Positions 39,330-51,800 of a stretch of DNA of 64,000 bases are shown here, in pieces. The translations under genes and the position numbers were made by a program. A model generated the notes under the pieces. That model was not told where the DNA came from and did not search any database. It saw only the letters and a list, made by a program, of their open reading frames with translations. Source of the DNA: Raja brachyura (taxonomy: Eukaryota); NCBI GenBank assembly GCA_963514005.1, contig OY740782.1:21204001-21268000 (forward strand), in the 5' to 3' direction. Every line of letters starts with the position of its first letter. The first letter of the stretch is position 1.

Positions 39330-39590
39330 GAGATCATAAGGAATAGGATTCTGCCCATCAAGTCTACATCACTATTCAATCATGGCTGATCTATCTCTCC
39401 CTCCTAACCTCATTCTCCTACTTTATCCCCATAACCTCTGACACTTGTACTAATCAAGAATCTATCTATCTCTGCTTTAAAAATATCCACTGACTTGGCA
39501 AAGAATTCCACAGACTCACCACACTCTGACAAAATAAATTTCTCCTCATCTCCTTCCTAAAGCACGTCCTTTAATTCTGAGACTAGGAGG
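39330..39590 (-). mobile_element. CR1 3'UTR fragment
   Basis: Similar to 8875-9160 and to the reverse complement of 57820-58215. Confidence 0.75.
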
Positions 39591-40189
39591 AGGAAACTAC
39601 TCAATTCATCAGAGGCAAAAGATAAGAGCAGATAGTCCAAATGGTTCGAGAGCTAATGAAGAATAAAGTAATTGAACAAATGGTAAACAGAAATGAAGAC
39701 TGTGCCTGTTGATGAGATTACAACCTAGGACGCAACACAATTATGTTACATTGCCAAACTAAAATAGAAATAGGTTGGACCACCTGACATTGATTAAGGC
39801 ACAAAATTATAGTTTTTGATGACATTCAGTGTGTCATTAAGGTGTATTGTAAGCAAGATGCAGAGAGTTTTCAAGTAGACATGGACAGATTATATAAATG
39901 TGTGACAATATCACAGATGGGACATTACTTGGAAATGTGAAGTTGTCCTCTTATGATACAATACGATAGAACTTTATTTATCCACGGAGGGAAATTGGTC
40001 TGCCAACAGTCATAACACACAACAAGGCACACAAAAACTTGAAATTAAAATTAAATTACAATTGGAAAAAAAAGAAAAAGACGCGCGACTGTTGGCTGGC
40101 TGCCGTGTGCACAGCGCCTTAACTGGAACAAAGGAACAAACAAACAACCATCACAGGATTATCCGCTGGGCAGAGGATTCTAAAACTAG

Positions 40190-40515
40190 AGCCCCCCCCC
40201 CCCCCCCTTCCACCACATCGGGTCCCCCTGTTTTCTCCCACCATTCCCCCATGCCAAGTCCTCATTGTGTTTACTTCCCCCCCCCCCCCCCATGCTCATT
40301 GATCCCTGATCGCAGGTCGACCACGAGCCCCCACAGCCACCGAGACACCACCGCCGCCACGGCCCCACTGTCGCAGAGGCTCCCGTTGCCACCCAGTCCC
40401 CACCGCCACTGTGGCCCCACCGTCGCCGAGGCTCCCACTGCTGCCGAGGCTCCACCGCCGAGGCTCCTATTGCTGCTGAGGCTCCTATTGCTGCCGAGGC
40501 CCCACCACCGCCAAG
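40190..40515. repeat. C-rich low-complexity region with an ~18-bp minisatellite
   Basis: Poly-C runs and repeated gccgaggctcc(c/t)a(c/t)tgct units at ~40370-40500. Confidence 0.8.
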
Positions 40516-42303
40516 GGTCGAAAAATAGTAAAGCAGGGTATTTTTTAGTTGGAAGACAATGAACAGTGCTGGTGTTTGGAGGACCCAGGGAGACAACACA
40601 TGGTGAGAACCTAAAACAGAACAATACGGAAAAGAAACTTGCCCTTTGACCACCAATACCCATGTTGAAAATGAGCCCAAGTTAAAATAATCTCCCCTGA
40701 CTGCAGGTGATCCCTATTTCTCCATTCCCTGCTTATCCGTGTGTCTATTAAAAGCCACTTAAATGCCACTATTGTCAATAAAATAACAATATTTAAAACA
40801 CATTTGGACAGGTACATGAATAGGAAAGGGTTAGAAGGATATGGGCCAAATGCAGATAAATGGAATTACCTTAGATGGGGCATGTTGAATGGCCTGTATA
40901 CATGCTCTATATCTCTGTGACTCTATGAATCATTAGTGAACATTGCCATGTACAATTTTAAGGTAGATCAAAGATAATTAACAAAATAGTTGATGATTGC
41001 TCATTCCTGAAGGAACTCAGGCAGTGATGATTGACATTTAACAGCTATAACCATGTTCCTGTCTGTGATGTACCACTCCAACTGTTTTCCATTACCTCCA
41101 GTTTTACTAGAGCTTCTAGATGCCTCTCTGAATTAAATGCTGCTTTGATGTCATGGCAATATTCAGCTCTTTGGTCCATGTTTGGACCAATGCTATGATA
41201 CTGTCTGAAGCCAAGTGGTTCTGGCAAATGTCATTTGACAGCATGGTCAGTGACAACTGGCATCACATGGTTGATGCTGAAGAACGCACAGCCGTGGACT
41301 CTGGTGGGAGGTGGCTCATCTGGAGGTCCGGGCCGCTGAGGATGTTCTCCGTCGGGGTTCCATCGTTCCCAGCGAGAGGGCCTGAGCATCATTCCCAGCG
41401 AGAGGGCCTGCGGGTGTTCGGGAGGCCCCGACCACGGGTGAACATCTGGGAAGATCGGCAGGGAGGCTGGCTGGACCATGGTACCTTCCTTAACTCTGGT
41501 GCCGCTGTGGGGTTATGTTGTGTGTGGACTTCTGTGTTTGTGCTTTTTAAAAAAAAATATGTTTATTTATTTAATATTTACTTTTATGTTACTGACTATA
41601 AGGAAAATCCATTTTGTTGTCTCTAAAATGAGACAATGACAATAAATTGAATACAATACGCGTTAGGCATAACCGGCCACTTTGTATTTGGCCTGCTTTT
41701 TGTCTTCGTTTTACCACATTGTCAAATAGATGCAAGTATTGTACTGGCTACTACTGCAGCTAATCCAAAGGACAAGTCTTTAGTGCTATGACTTGGATAT
41801 TGTCTGGCGTACAGCCTTGTTCTAACTGCTGTCAACCGTTCCTGATATCCTATGGCATGTATCCAACAAACTGAAATCTGGCTTCTGTAATGGTGGAGAA
41901 ATCAGGAGGAAGTAGACACGGATAATCCGCTCAGCTCTTCTGGTGGAATGTGGTTGTGACTGCTTCAGCCTGCTTAGCACTCACATGTTGAGCCTCACCT
42001 TTGCTGAAGAAGGTGATATTGTGGGAGCCTTTAATTATTTGTCACCATTCATGACTGCCCGTGACAGCACTGTAGAATTTTACTCTGATTAGTTGATAGG
42101 TGAGGTAAAAATAGTAGCACTTGATAAATTAAGGTACAGAAATTGAGGAAAAGAAAGGAAGAGCAGGAAATGGACTGCGTGAATGTGAGCACGGGGTAGA
42201 AATTGTTGAGTATTTTTCAGCTCAGAAGAAAAGAGAGAAATGCCACATATCCATTCATCAACATTTTAGAAACAATGGGAGAGGAAAACTGATTAAACCT
42301 GGA

Positions 42304-42445
42304 ACAGAATGTTATGTATATTCCTCAAAACATCGGTATTGGAAAGACCCAACAACCATTTCCTTCAAATAAAAGGTTTTTCAATGAAAACGGTTGTTGG
42401 GTCTTTCCAATACCGATGTTTTGAGGAATATACATAACATTCTGT
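42304..42445. repeat. Near-perfect inverted repeat / foldback
   Basis: 54-bp perfect arms 42304-42357 and 42392-42445; the 34-nt spacer is partly self-complementary. Confidence 0.95.
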
Positions 42446-42599
42446 GCCATTGAGCAACAATAATGGGTTGGGCAGTTGGAAAAAACATTGCTAATTTTAT
42501 CAGGGCCAACTGTAAGAACAGTGAATAACACAAACAACAATGTTGTCTACCATCTAAACGTTTGACTCATTGCACTTGGTGATTCATAAATTGGTAACG

Positions 42600-43890
42600 T
42601 TTCATGATAAGGGAATAGATAGGATGAATGCACATAGTCTTATTCCCATGTGGAAGAATCAAGGACCAGAGTGAACCAATTTAATATGAGAGATTTAATA
42701 GGAACCGGAGGGGAACTTTTTCACACAGAGGGTGTTGGGTATATGGAATGAGATGCTAGAGGAAATAGTTGAAGGAGATATTATAAAACCATTTAAAAGA
42801 TAGATGGACAGGTATATGGATAGGAAAGATTCAGATAGATATGGGCCAAATATGAGTAAATGGGAGTAGGTTAGATGCAGCATCACGGTCGGCATGGACG
42901 GCTTGTTCCAAAGGCCTGTCTCGGTGCTACGAGTCCATGGTTCTCTGACTATTATTGCCATGTGTACCAAGATATAGTGAAATTTTTGTTTATATGCTAT
43001 CCAGGGAAATCATACCATACATGACTACAGCAGGATAGCGCAAAAGAAAAAAATAAACAGAATGCAGAATATAGTATTACAGCTACCGACAACGTGTACA
43101 TTAAAGGGGCTGCAGCAAAGTAGATTTGAAGATTGGGAATTCATCTTTAGCAGATGAACATTGAAGGTAATTGGACATCATGCTTACTCAAAACATGTTC
43201 CCAAAATATCCAGCCATGCCAAAAATTTTCTCAGGTATAAAATAGTATTGGAGTATTCTGTTCAGTTTTGGTAACCCTGCTATAGGAAGGATGTCGTTAC
43301 GCTGGAAAAAGTACAGGTTGGAATTACAAGGATGTTGCCATAACATGAGGGTCTGAGCTATAGGGGGAGTATGAGCAGGCTAGAATTTCATTCCTTGGAG
43401 CACAGGAAGCTGTTGGGTGATCTTATAGAAATTGTGAGGGGAATAGATGGCGTAAATACATAGGCTTTTATCGAGAAAAGTGAATTAAGAACCAGAGAAC
43501 ATAGATTTAAGATGAAAGGGAAAAGATTTAAGAGGAACATGAGGGACAACGTTTGCACACAGAGGGTGGCAGCTATCTGGAACGAGTTGCCAGAGGAGAT
43601 ATAGAGGCAAGTACTGTATCAACATTTAAAAGACACTGGACAGGTACTTAGATAGGTACGGCTTAGAAGGATATAGACCAAACACGTGCAGGTGGTACGA
43701 ATATAGACCAATCAGTTTGGTCGGTGTGGGCAAGTTGGGCCAGAGGCCCTGTTTCTGTGCTATATAACTTGATAACACTACGACTCCAGGTGTCAAATGC
43801 AGGCTGATAAGGTGATCATTTAATTGCTTAGATTAGCATTAGGTTGGAGTGGATGAATTTGTTTCAAAGGCCTGTTTCTGCGCTGTATGA
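42600..43890 (+). mobile_element. Cluster of degenerate CR1 3' fragments
   Basis: CR1 3' ends at ~42600-42950 and ~43240-43770 (ttcacacagagggtg, agaaccagag.acatagatttaag motifs). Confidence 0.75.
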
Positions 43891-46139
43891 CCCTGACTCA
43901 TCTTGATTTACCATAATACCCCACAACCACCACCCCTTTAATAATTCCTACTTGCCACTTGACCTTAATCCTCCCTACATTATCCAATCACATTGGATAG
44001 CACCTCCAAATATCCTGCTAAAGCATGCAATGCTGATACACGTCTGATAGTCAATCCTAATTCCCACATTTCTCAGACACTCAATGTTCCTGATCCTTCC
44101 CATCCGTACAGTTGGCCTGCAGCTAATACCCACAAAATGCTGCATGCCATTTGCAGTGTGAGTTGTTCCTACATGGACAATCCTTCTCCATTTAAGTAAA
44201 AGGTGGATGAGTTCAACCACACTCCAGAGGCATAAAGATAGAATACAGCCTGCTAATTCAATGTGCTACTAAAGGTGCTCTGTGTTGTCTTAAGTGTTAA
44301 TCACAAAACATAGGCCCTGATTGCTCTCTTGGATACGAGTATAAAAAATCCCGCGGTACTACGTGGAAGAAGGCCAGCAAAATTATCCCCAGATTCCTGG
44401 CCAATATTATTCTCTCCAGCATCAATAAATAATAACGTTTATTGGCGATTCACACATTGTTATTCACAGAAGTTTGATATGCCCAAATGACTGCTGTGCT
44501 TCCTGCGATATTAATTTCAAAATTGTTCCACTGCCTGGAAAATAATCTGGGAGGTGCTGAAATTATGAAAGGTCATTTTTTAAAAGCAAATTATTATTTT
44601 TTAGTAGGAAGTTATTGTCTCATTCAATCACTCCTTCAATGACGAAATATTACTTTTAAAGAATATCTCAGGATAAATCTTCAGTTCTCAGTCAAGAGGC
44701 AATAAAATGTCTGATTAAGCACATAGAACATGCCAAAAGGTCTACTTGGAACGGGGTGGTACAGAGTGCAAAGAACTCTATCCTTTGCAATATTGGCCAC
44801 AATCCAAATCAGACAAGGGCTTAAAGACTTTTCTTGCTTTTAATTATTGCGTAATACTAAAGCAATATTAACATTATCTGCTTTAATCAGAGTTGACTCT
44901 ACACCACAGAAGTGGACTTTGCATTTTGCAACTACGGCATACCTTGACTGTTCTTTCTGCAATGCATGACTCAAGTTTTATTGCTTTTCATAGGACGTTT
45001 CCATGGCAGCTTCCACACTAAATGTTAATTCACGTCATCTTTTCATCTTGGGCACAGTTGCAATGCAATATCTCACATGGGCAAAATATCAATTCAAGTG
45101 ATGTCATTGTGAAATTTATTACAACCCCGTGTAACATCAAAAAAGTCATTCAGCGTTGTGTCGCAGCATTAACTAAAATAATATTCAATAGTCCCAGATA
45201 TTTACGAGCCTGGCACCACCAAAGTCCAAAGCATGCTGGATGATCGTGGTGGTGCTGTGTTGAGTTTATTCAAGACTGAGACTGATAAGTGGGAATCAAA
45301 CAGAAAATGAATTTGAGGCATGAAATCAGCCAGTATGTTACTGAATGGTGGAGCAGGCATGAAGGGCTGTATAGCCTACCCCTGTTTTAAACCTTTTTGT
45401 TGGAGTCCATCTTTGTGGACTGCACTAAAACGGATTGTTTAGCTATTTGTACTTTACAGGAGCAAAACACAAAGTGCTGGAGGAACTCAGTAAGTCAGGC
45501 AGCATCTGGGGGGAGAACAGACAGGTGACATTCTGGGTGGGGGGCCTTCTCGGACTGATGAGTCTGCCATCAGTGACGGCCTTCAGATTGAGTCTGAAGG
45601 CAGTCACTTCAAAATGTGTTACATTTTCAGTGAAAGACTCATGTGCTGCAGCACAGGAAAAGGGCATTGAACCCATTGAACTGGGTTGGCTTCCAATTAA
45701 ATAATTTTGTCAGTCCCACTATTTTATTCTTTCTTCCTCCGTTGGTCTGTCTGCCGCTTCTGATCACATCAAACCTTTAGGTCACTAAACAACAAAACAT
45801 TTTCTTATATGTTTCTGTATCTATTCTGATCAAATTGAACTATATTTCTTCTCTGCACCAGATTAGAGATAGGTACTAAGGTATTTAATTCATTAAAAAA
45901 AAAAATATTTGGGAGTTATATGTGTACAATTCCCTTTGGCAGAGTAATAGGGTCATGGAGCTGTAAAGCATGGAAACACTACCTTGTCCAACCGTTAGTA
46001 TACACGGCTAATCCCATGTGCCTGCATTTGGCCCATAGCCCTTTAAGCCCTTCCTATCTATATATCTATCCAAATGTCTTTTAAAAATTGTAATTGTATC
46101 CGCTTCTACAGATTGCTCTGCAGCTTATTCCAGATATTG

Positions 46140-46662
46140 CAGAACACAAAAAATTGCGGAGTTGGGGACGTAGCCCAGACCATCACGCAAACCAATCTCC
46201 CTTCCAAGTTCCTCCAGCACTTTGTGTTTTGCTCCTGTAAAATACAAATAGCTAAACAATCTGTTTTAGTGCAGTCCACTTGAGGCTGCCACCAGCATTA
46301 TCAAGGACCAGTTTCAACACGGTCGCCCCTTCTTCTCCTCTCTCCCATCAAGCAAGAGGTGCAGGCGTTTGAAAATGCATGCCTCCAAATTCAGGGACAG
46401 TGTCTTCCCAGCAGTTATCAGGCAACCGAACGGTCCTCATCAGCCAGAGTGTGGTCCTGACCTCCCATCTACCTCATTGGAGATCTTTGAGCTATCTTTA
46501 ATCGGACTTTATCTTGTACTAAATGTTGTTCCATGTATCCTTATATCTGTGCACTGTGGACAGCTTGATTGGAACCATGTACAGTCTTTTCTTTGACTGG
46601 ATAGCACACAATCAAAACATTTCACTGTACCTTAGTACATGTGACAATGATAAACTAAACTA
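46140..46662 (+). mobile_element. Rex1/Babar LINE 3' end carrying a 73-bp templated insertion
   Basis: LKMHASKFRDSVFPAVIRQ; tail gtgacaatgataaactaaac; flanked by minus-strand CR1 remnants (45940-46135, 46670-47390). Confidence 0.75.
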
Positions 46663-47739
46663 AAAGATATGGACTTCCCTCTCAATGAAAACTTTTCCCC
46701 TGAGGTCCCTCTTAAATATCTATCCACCTTCGCCTATGTCCTTTAGTTTTAGAATCCTCGTCTGCAGGAAAAAGACCATGAAGGATAACTTTATCCATGT
46801 GCCTCATGATATTATACATCTCAATATGGTTACAGTCTGCTGGGCTTCAAAGAAAAAAACTCCCAAAACCTACCCGACCTCTCCTTGTAACCGAAGCCTG
46901 CAAGCCCAGGTGACATTCTGGTGAATCTCTCCTGCTCCCTTTCCAAATTAATGACATCCTTCCTATAGTTGGGCCACTAAAGCTTCATCATGATGTCCTA
47001 CCTTTTGTACTTAATAACCCTTCCTAATGAAGGCTAGTATGCCACATGCTTTCTTCACCACAATGGCACTACCATTGACTGTATAAGTCCAGCCCTGGTT
47101 TGACATACCAAAATGCCACACCTCAGATTTAAATTCCATTTTCCATTCCTTGCCCCACCATCCCACCTGATAAAGATCCGGATGTAAAGTATCCTTCCTC
47201 ATTATTGCCTACTGTACCACCAAAATTGGTATCATCCATCAATGTTCAAACAATGATAACTATACTGTCATCCAAATTGTTAATGTATACAACAAACAGC
47301 AGAGGATTCAGCACCAACCGCATGTGGCACTCTACTGGTCACCAGCCTCCAGTCAGAAAAACAACCCTCTTCAACTACCCCAAGTTATCTCATATTCAAT
47401 TTTGGCCAATTTTTAAATCTGCAGCCTTTCAATAGAGGTTCACAGCGAAGAAGCGAGAAACAGAGTTAGTGGTTTTATAGGACAACGTAGCACTTGCAAA
47501 CTATTTATTATTTACGACTTCACAAGAAGCCAATTACAAGGAAAATATTTATTGCATTACTGCCACTGCATTCTTGTTTATTTATAGTTGAATAAATGTA
47601 TTCCATTGTCTAGAATTAGATCAATGTCTGATTTAATCTAACATCGCTACATTCAGTAGATAAGCATCATCTCACTTTCTTTAATGAAAACAAATATACT
47701 GGAGAATTCTCTGTTCCTACCCTGGGCATGCTAGAGGTA

Positions 47740-47915
47740 CAGTGCATTCAGAAAGTATTCAGACCCCTTTTTTTCCCACATTTTATTACGTTACAGTCTA
47801 AAATGGATTGAATTCATTTTTTATTATCAATCTAAGCACAATACCCCATAATATAAAAACGAAAACAGGTGCTTATAAACTTTTCAAAGTAATTAAAAAG
47901 AAATAACTGAAATAT
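47740..47915 (+). mobile_element. Tc1/mariner-type transposon terminal fragment
   Basis: TA followed by CAGTGCATTCAGAAAGTATTCAGACCCCTT, typical of fish Tc1 TIRs; no matching second end seen. Confidence 0.75.
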
Positions 47916-47916
47916 T

Positions 47917-48865
47917 TTAGTGGATGCAAAATGACAATCGGTGGTTTTGAAAAGGATTTATTAAAGGATTCTCCGACTATACGAGTCAAACAACACAACT
48001 GACCACAGCGGTGGTCCTTGAACGACTGGCGGGCAGAGCACAGATCGCGCGAAAACCCGACCCCTCCCAGAGTCACGTGCGCGCGGGTTCCGACCACAGA
48101 GTTCGATGCTGATGCGCACCATCAGGTGCCGCTACATGCCCCCCCAGAAACCGAGGAACAGAAATGCACCAGGAGCGAATGGTACGGCCTGAACGCGTAG
48201 TCCTTAAACTCGGGATGGGGATAACAACAGGGACCGGCAGAACAGAACCGGAGGGACGCAAAAAACGTGAACAAGGGGCAGGCGTAACAACGGTGACCGG
48301 CGAAACAGGGCCTGGAACAACAGGGGCAAGATACAACAGGACGGCCGGCAGACGACCTCTACGCTGTGGTGTGGCTACGACCACAGGGCTGTGCTCGTCC
48401 ACGTGCGCAGTCTTGACGCGACCGACTGAGATGAACTTCTCCCGGCCGCCCACGTCCAACGTGAACGTGGCGACCCCAGTCCTCAGCACCCGATACAGTC
48501 CCTCATAAACCCGCTGCAGCGGCGAGCGGTGGGCATCCCTACGAAGGAAAACATAAGCACAATTCTGTAATGATACCGGCACATGCACCGAGGCCAACTC
48601 GTGCCTGAAGGTGGGGATGGGGACTAACGCACGTACCCGCTCACGAAGGTCGCTACTCACCCGCTACCACCGCCGAAGCCGAAAGCTCCTGACCACGGGT
48701 GGCGGCTGGTACCCGCAAAGTCGAGCCACATACGAGCTCGGCCGAGGAGGCGTCCAGGTCCTCCTTAGGCATTGTTCTGATGCCTAGCAGGACCCAGGGT
48801 GACTGGTCAACCCAATATGGACCGGTGAGCTGGGCCTTCAACGCCGTCTTAAGGTGTCTATGGAA
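47917..48865 (-). mobile_element. Gypsy LTR retrotransposon 3' fragment (integrase C-terminus, PPT, 3' LTR)
   Basis: FHRHLKTALKAQL..WVDQSPWVLLGIRTMPKEDLDASSAELV; YVFLRRDAHRSPLQRVYEGLYRVL; G-rich PPT 48137-48146; LTR starts TGTAGCGGCACC at 48136. Confidence 0.9.
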
Positions 48866-48869
48866 CAAA

Positions 48870-51800
48870 CCGGTGACAGAAATTTACCATCCTGATAAAC
48901 TCCTGTAAACCCTTGACAGTGAGCGGCCCAGGGAACTGGCGGATGGGAGAGACACATTGGAAATACAAGGATGGAGTTAAAGGGAAAGAGAGTATAGGAA
49001 ACATTAAGAAAGACACCAGAATTAACAGGAGAGAAAGCTCACGAAGGGATAGGAGAATATGACCAAGTGAAATAGGAATCGATGAGAAAGGTGAGATGAT
49101 TAAAATGGATTAAAAGTATTATATACGAATGCTTGAAGTATAAGAAGTAAAGTAGATGAGCTTGAGGCTCAGTTCGAGATTGGTTGACATGACATTGTGG
49201 GATTACAGAGACATGGCTGCAGGAGGATCATAACTGGGAACTGAATATTCAGGGTTATACATCCTATAGAAAGGACAGGCTGGTGGGCAGAGGAGGTGGG
49301 GTAGCTCTGTTGGTGGGGGATGAAATTCAGTCCCTTGTGAGGGGCGACATAGAGACTCACAGACGATGTAGAGCCACTGTGGATAGAATTGAGGGATTTT
49401 AAGGGTAAGAAGACACTAATTGGAGTTACCTACAGGCCCCCAAACAGTAGCCTGGATATAGGGTGCAATTTGCAGCAAAAGTTAAAATTGGCATGTAACA
49501 AAAGTAATGCCACTGTGGTTATGGGAGATTTCAATATGCAAGTAGACTGGAAAATTCAGATTGGTTCTGGACTCCAAGAAAGGGAGTTTGTAGAGTGCCT
49601 CCATGATGGATTCTTAGAGCAGCTTGTACTGGAGCCTACCAGATAGAAGGCAATTCTGGATTTAGTTGTCTAATGAACCAGATTTAATAAGGGAACTCAA
49701 GATAAAGGAACCGCTGGGAGGTAGTGACCATAATATGATAAGTTTTAATTTGCAATTTGAGAGGGAGAAGTGTCAGTGTTGTAGTTGAACAAAGGGGACT
49801 ATGAAGGCATGAGAGAGGAGCTGGCCAAGGTCGACTGGAAAAGGATCCTAGTAGGGTTGACGGTGGAACAGCAATGGCAGGAATTTCTGAGCATAATCCA
49901 GAAGATGCAGGATCATTTCATTCCAAAGAGGAATAACGATTCTAAGGGGAGTAAGAGGCAACCATGGCTGACAAGGAAAGTTATGAATGGAATAAAATTA
50001 AAAGAAAAGGCGTATAACAAAGCAAAGATGAGCGGGAAGCGAGAGGAATGGGAAACTTTCAAAGGACAACAGAAGGTAACAAAAAGGGCAATATGGGGTG
50101 AAAAGATGAAGTACGAGGGTGACCTGGCCAAGAATATAAAGAAAGATAGTAAAAGCTTCTTCAGATATGTTTAGAAAAAGATTAGTAAAGACAAATGTGG
50201 GTCCCTAGAAGGCAGAAACAGATTAAATTATTACGGGGAACAAGGAAAAGGCAGAAGAGTTGAACAGGTACTTTGGTTCTGTCTTCACTAAGGAAAACAC
50301 AAACAACCTCTCAGATGTACTAGACAGAGGATCTAGGGAGACAGAGGAACTGAAATAAATTTGCATTAGACGAGAAATAGTATTGGGTAGACTGATGGGA
50401 CTGAAGGCTGATAAATCCCCAGGGCCTGATGGTCTGCATCCCATGGTACTCAAGGAGGTGGCTCTGGAAATTGTGGATGCATTGGTGATAATTTTCCAAT
50501 GTTGTACAGATTCAGGATTGGTTCCTGTGGTTTGGAGGGTAGCTAATGTTATCCCACGTTTTAAGAAAGGAGCGAGAGAGAGAAAATTAGGAATTATAGA
50601 CCAGTTAGCCTGACATCGGATGCTGAAGTCAATTATTAAATAAGTAATTATTTATAAGTAATTATAGAAACATATAAAATTATAAAAGGACTGGACAAGC
50701 TAGATGCAGGAAAAATGTTACCAATGTTGGGCGAGTCCAGAACTAGGGGGCGCAGTCTTAGAATAAAGACTGTGGCCCCTCTTAATAAAGGGAGGTCATT
50801 TAAGACTGAGGTCAGAGAAAACTTTTTTACCCAGAGAGTTGTGAATTTATGGAATTCCCTGCCACAGAGGGCAGTGGAGGCCAAATCACTGGATGGATTT
50901 AAGAGAGAGTTGGATAGAACTCTAGGGGCTAGTGGAGTCAAGGGATATTGGGAGAAGGCAGGCACGGGTTATTGATAGCGGACAATCAGCCATGATCACA
51001 ATGAATGGCGGTGCTGGCTCGAAGGGCCGAATGGCTTCCTCCTGCACCTATTTGCCATGTCTATGTCTAATAACGACGCATTTGGATAGCAGTAAAAGGA
51101 TTGGTCCAAGTCAGCATGGATTTATGATGGGGAAATTCTCCTTGACTAATCTTCTGGATTTTTTTGAGGATGTGACAAGTAAAATGGATGAAAGAGAGTG
51201 TATCTGGACTTTCAGAAACCCTTTGATGAGGTCCCACACAGGAGATTAGTGGGCAAAATTAGAGCACATGGTATTTGGGGTAGGGTATTGACATGAGTAA
51301 AGAATTGGTTGGCAGACAGGAAACAAAGAGTAGGAATAAACGGGTCCCTGTCAGAATGGCAGGCAGTGGCGAGTGGAATGCCGCAAGGCTCGGTGCTGGG
51401 GTCACAACTATTTACAATATATATTAATGATTCAGATGATGGGATTAAAAGTAACACTAGCAAATTTGCAGATGACACAAAGTTGGGTGGCAGTATGTAC
51501 TTCGGAGAGGATTCTAGGAGGTTGCAGGGTGACTTGGACAGGTTGAGTGAGTGGGCAGATGCATGGCAGATGCAGTATAATGTAGATAAATGTGAGAGAT
51601 TCACTTTGGCGGCAAGAACAAGGAGGCAGATGATTATCTGAATGTTGTTAGATTAGGAAAAAGGGAAGTGCAACGAGACCTGGGTGGCCTTGTACCCCAG
51701 CCACTGAAGGTAAACAAGCAGGTACAGCAGGCAGTGAATAAAGCTAATGGCATGTTGGCCTTTATAACAAGAGGATTTGAGTATAGGAGTAAAGAAATCC

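Noticed and set aside
40062-40680. Pro-rich and Gly-rich 130-166 aa ORFs
   Set aside because: Artefacts of poly-C tracts and an 18-bp minisatellite.
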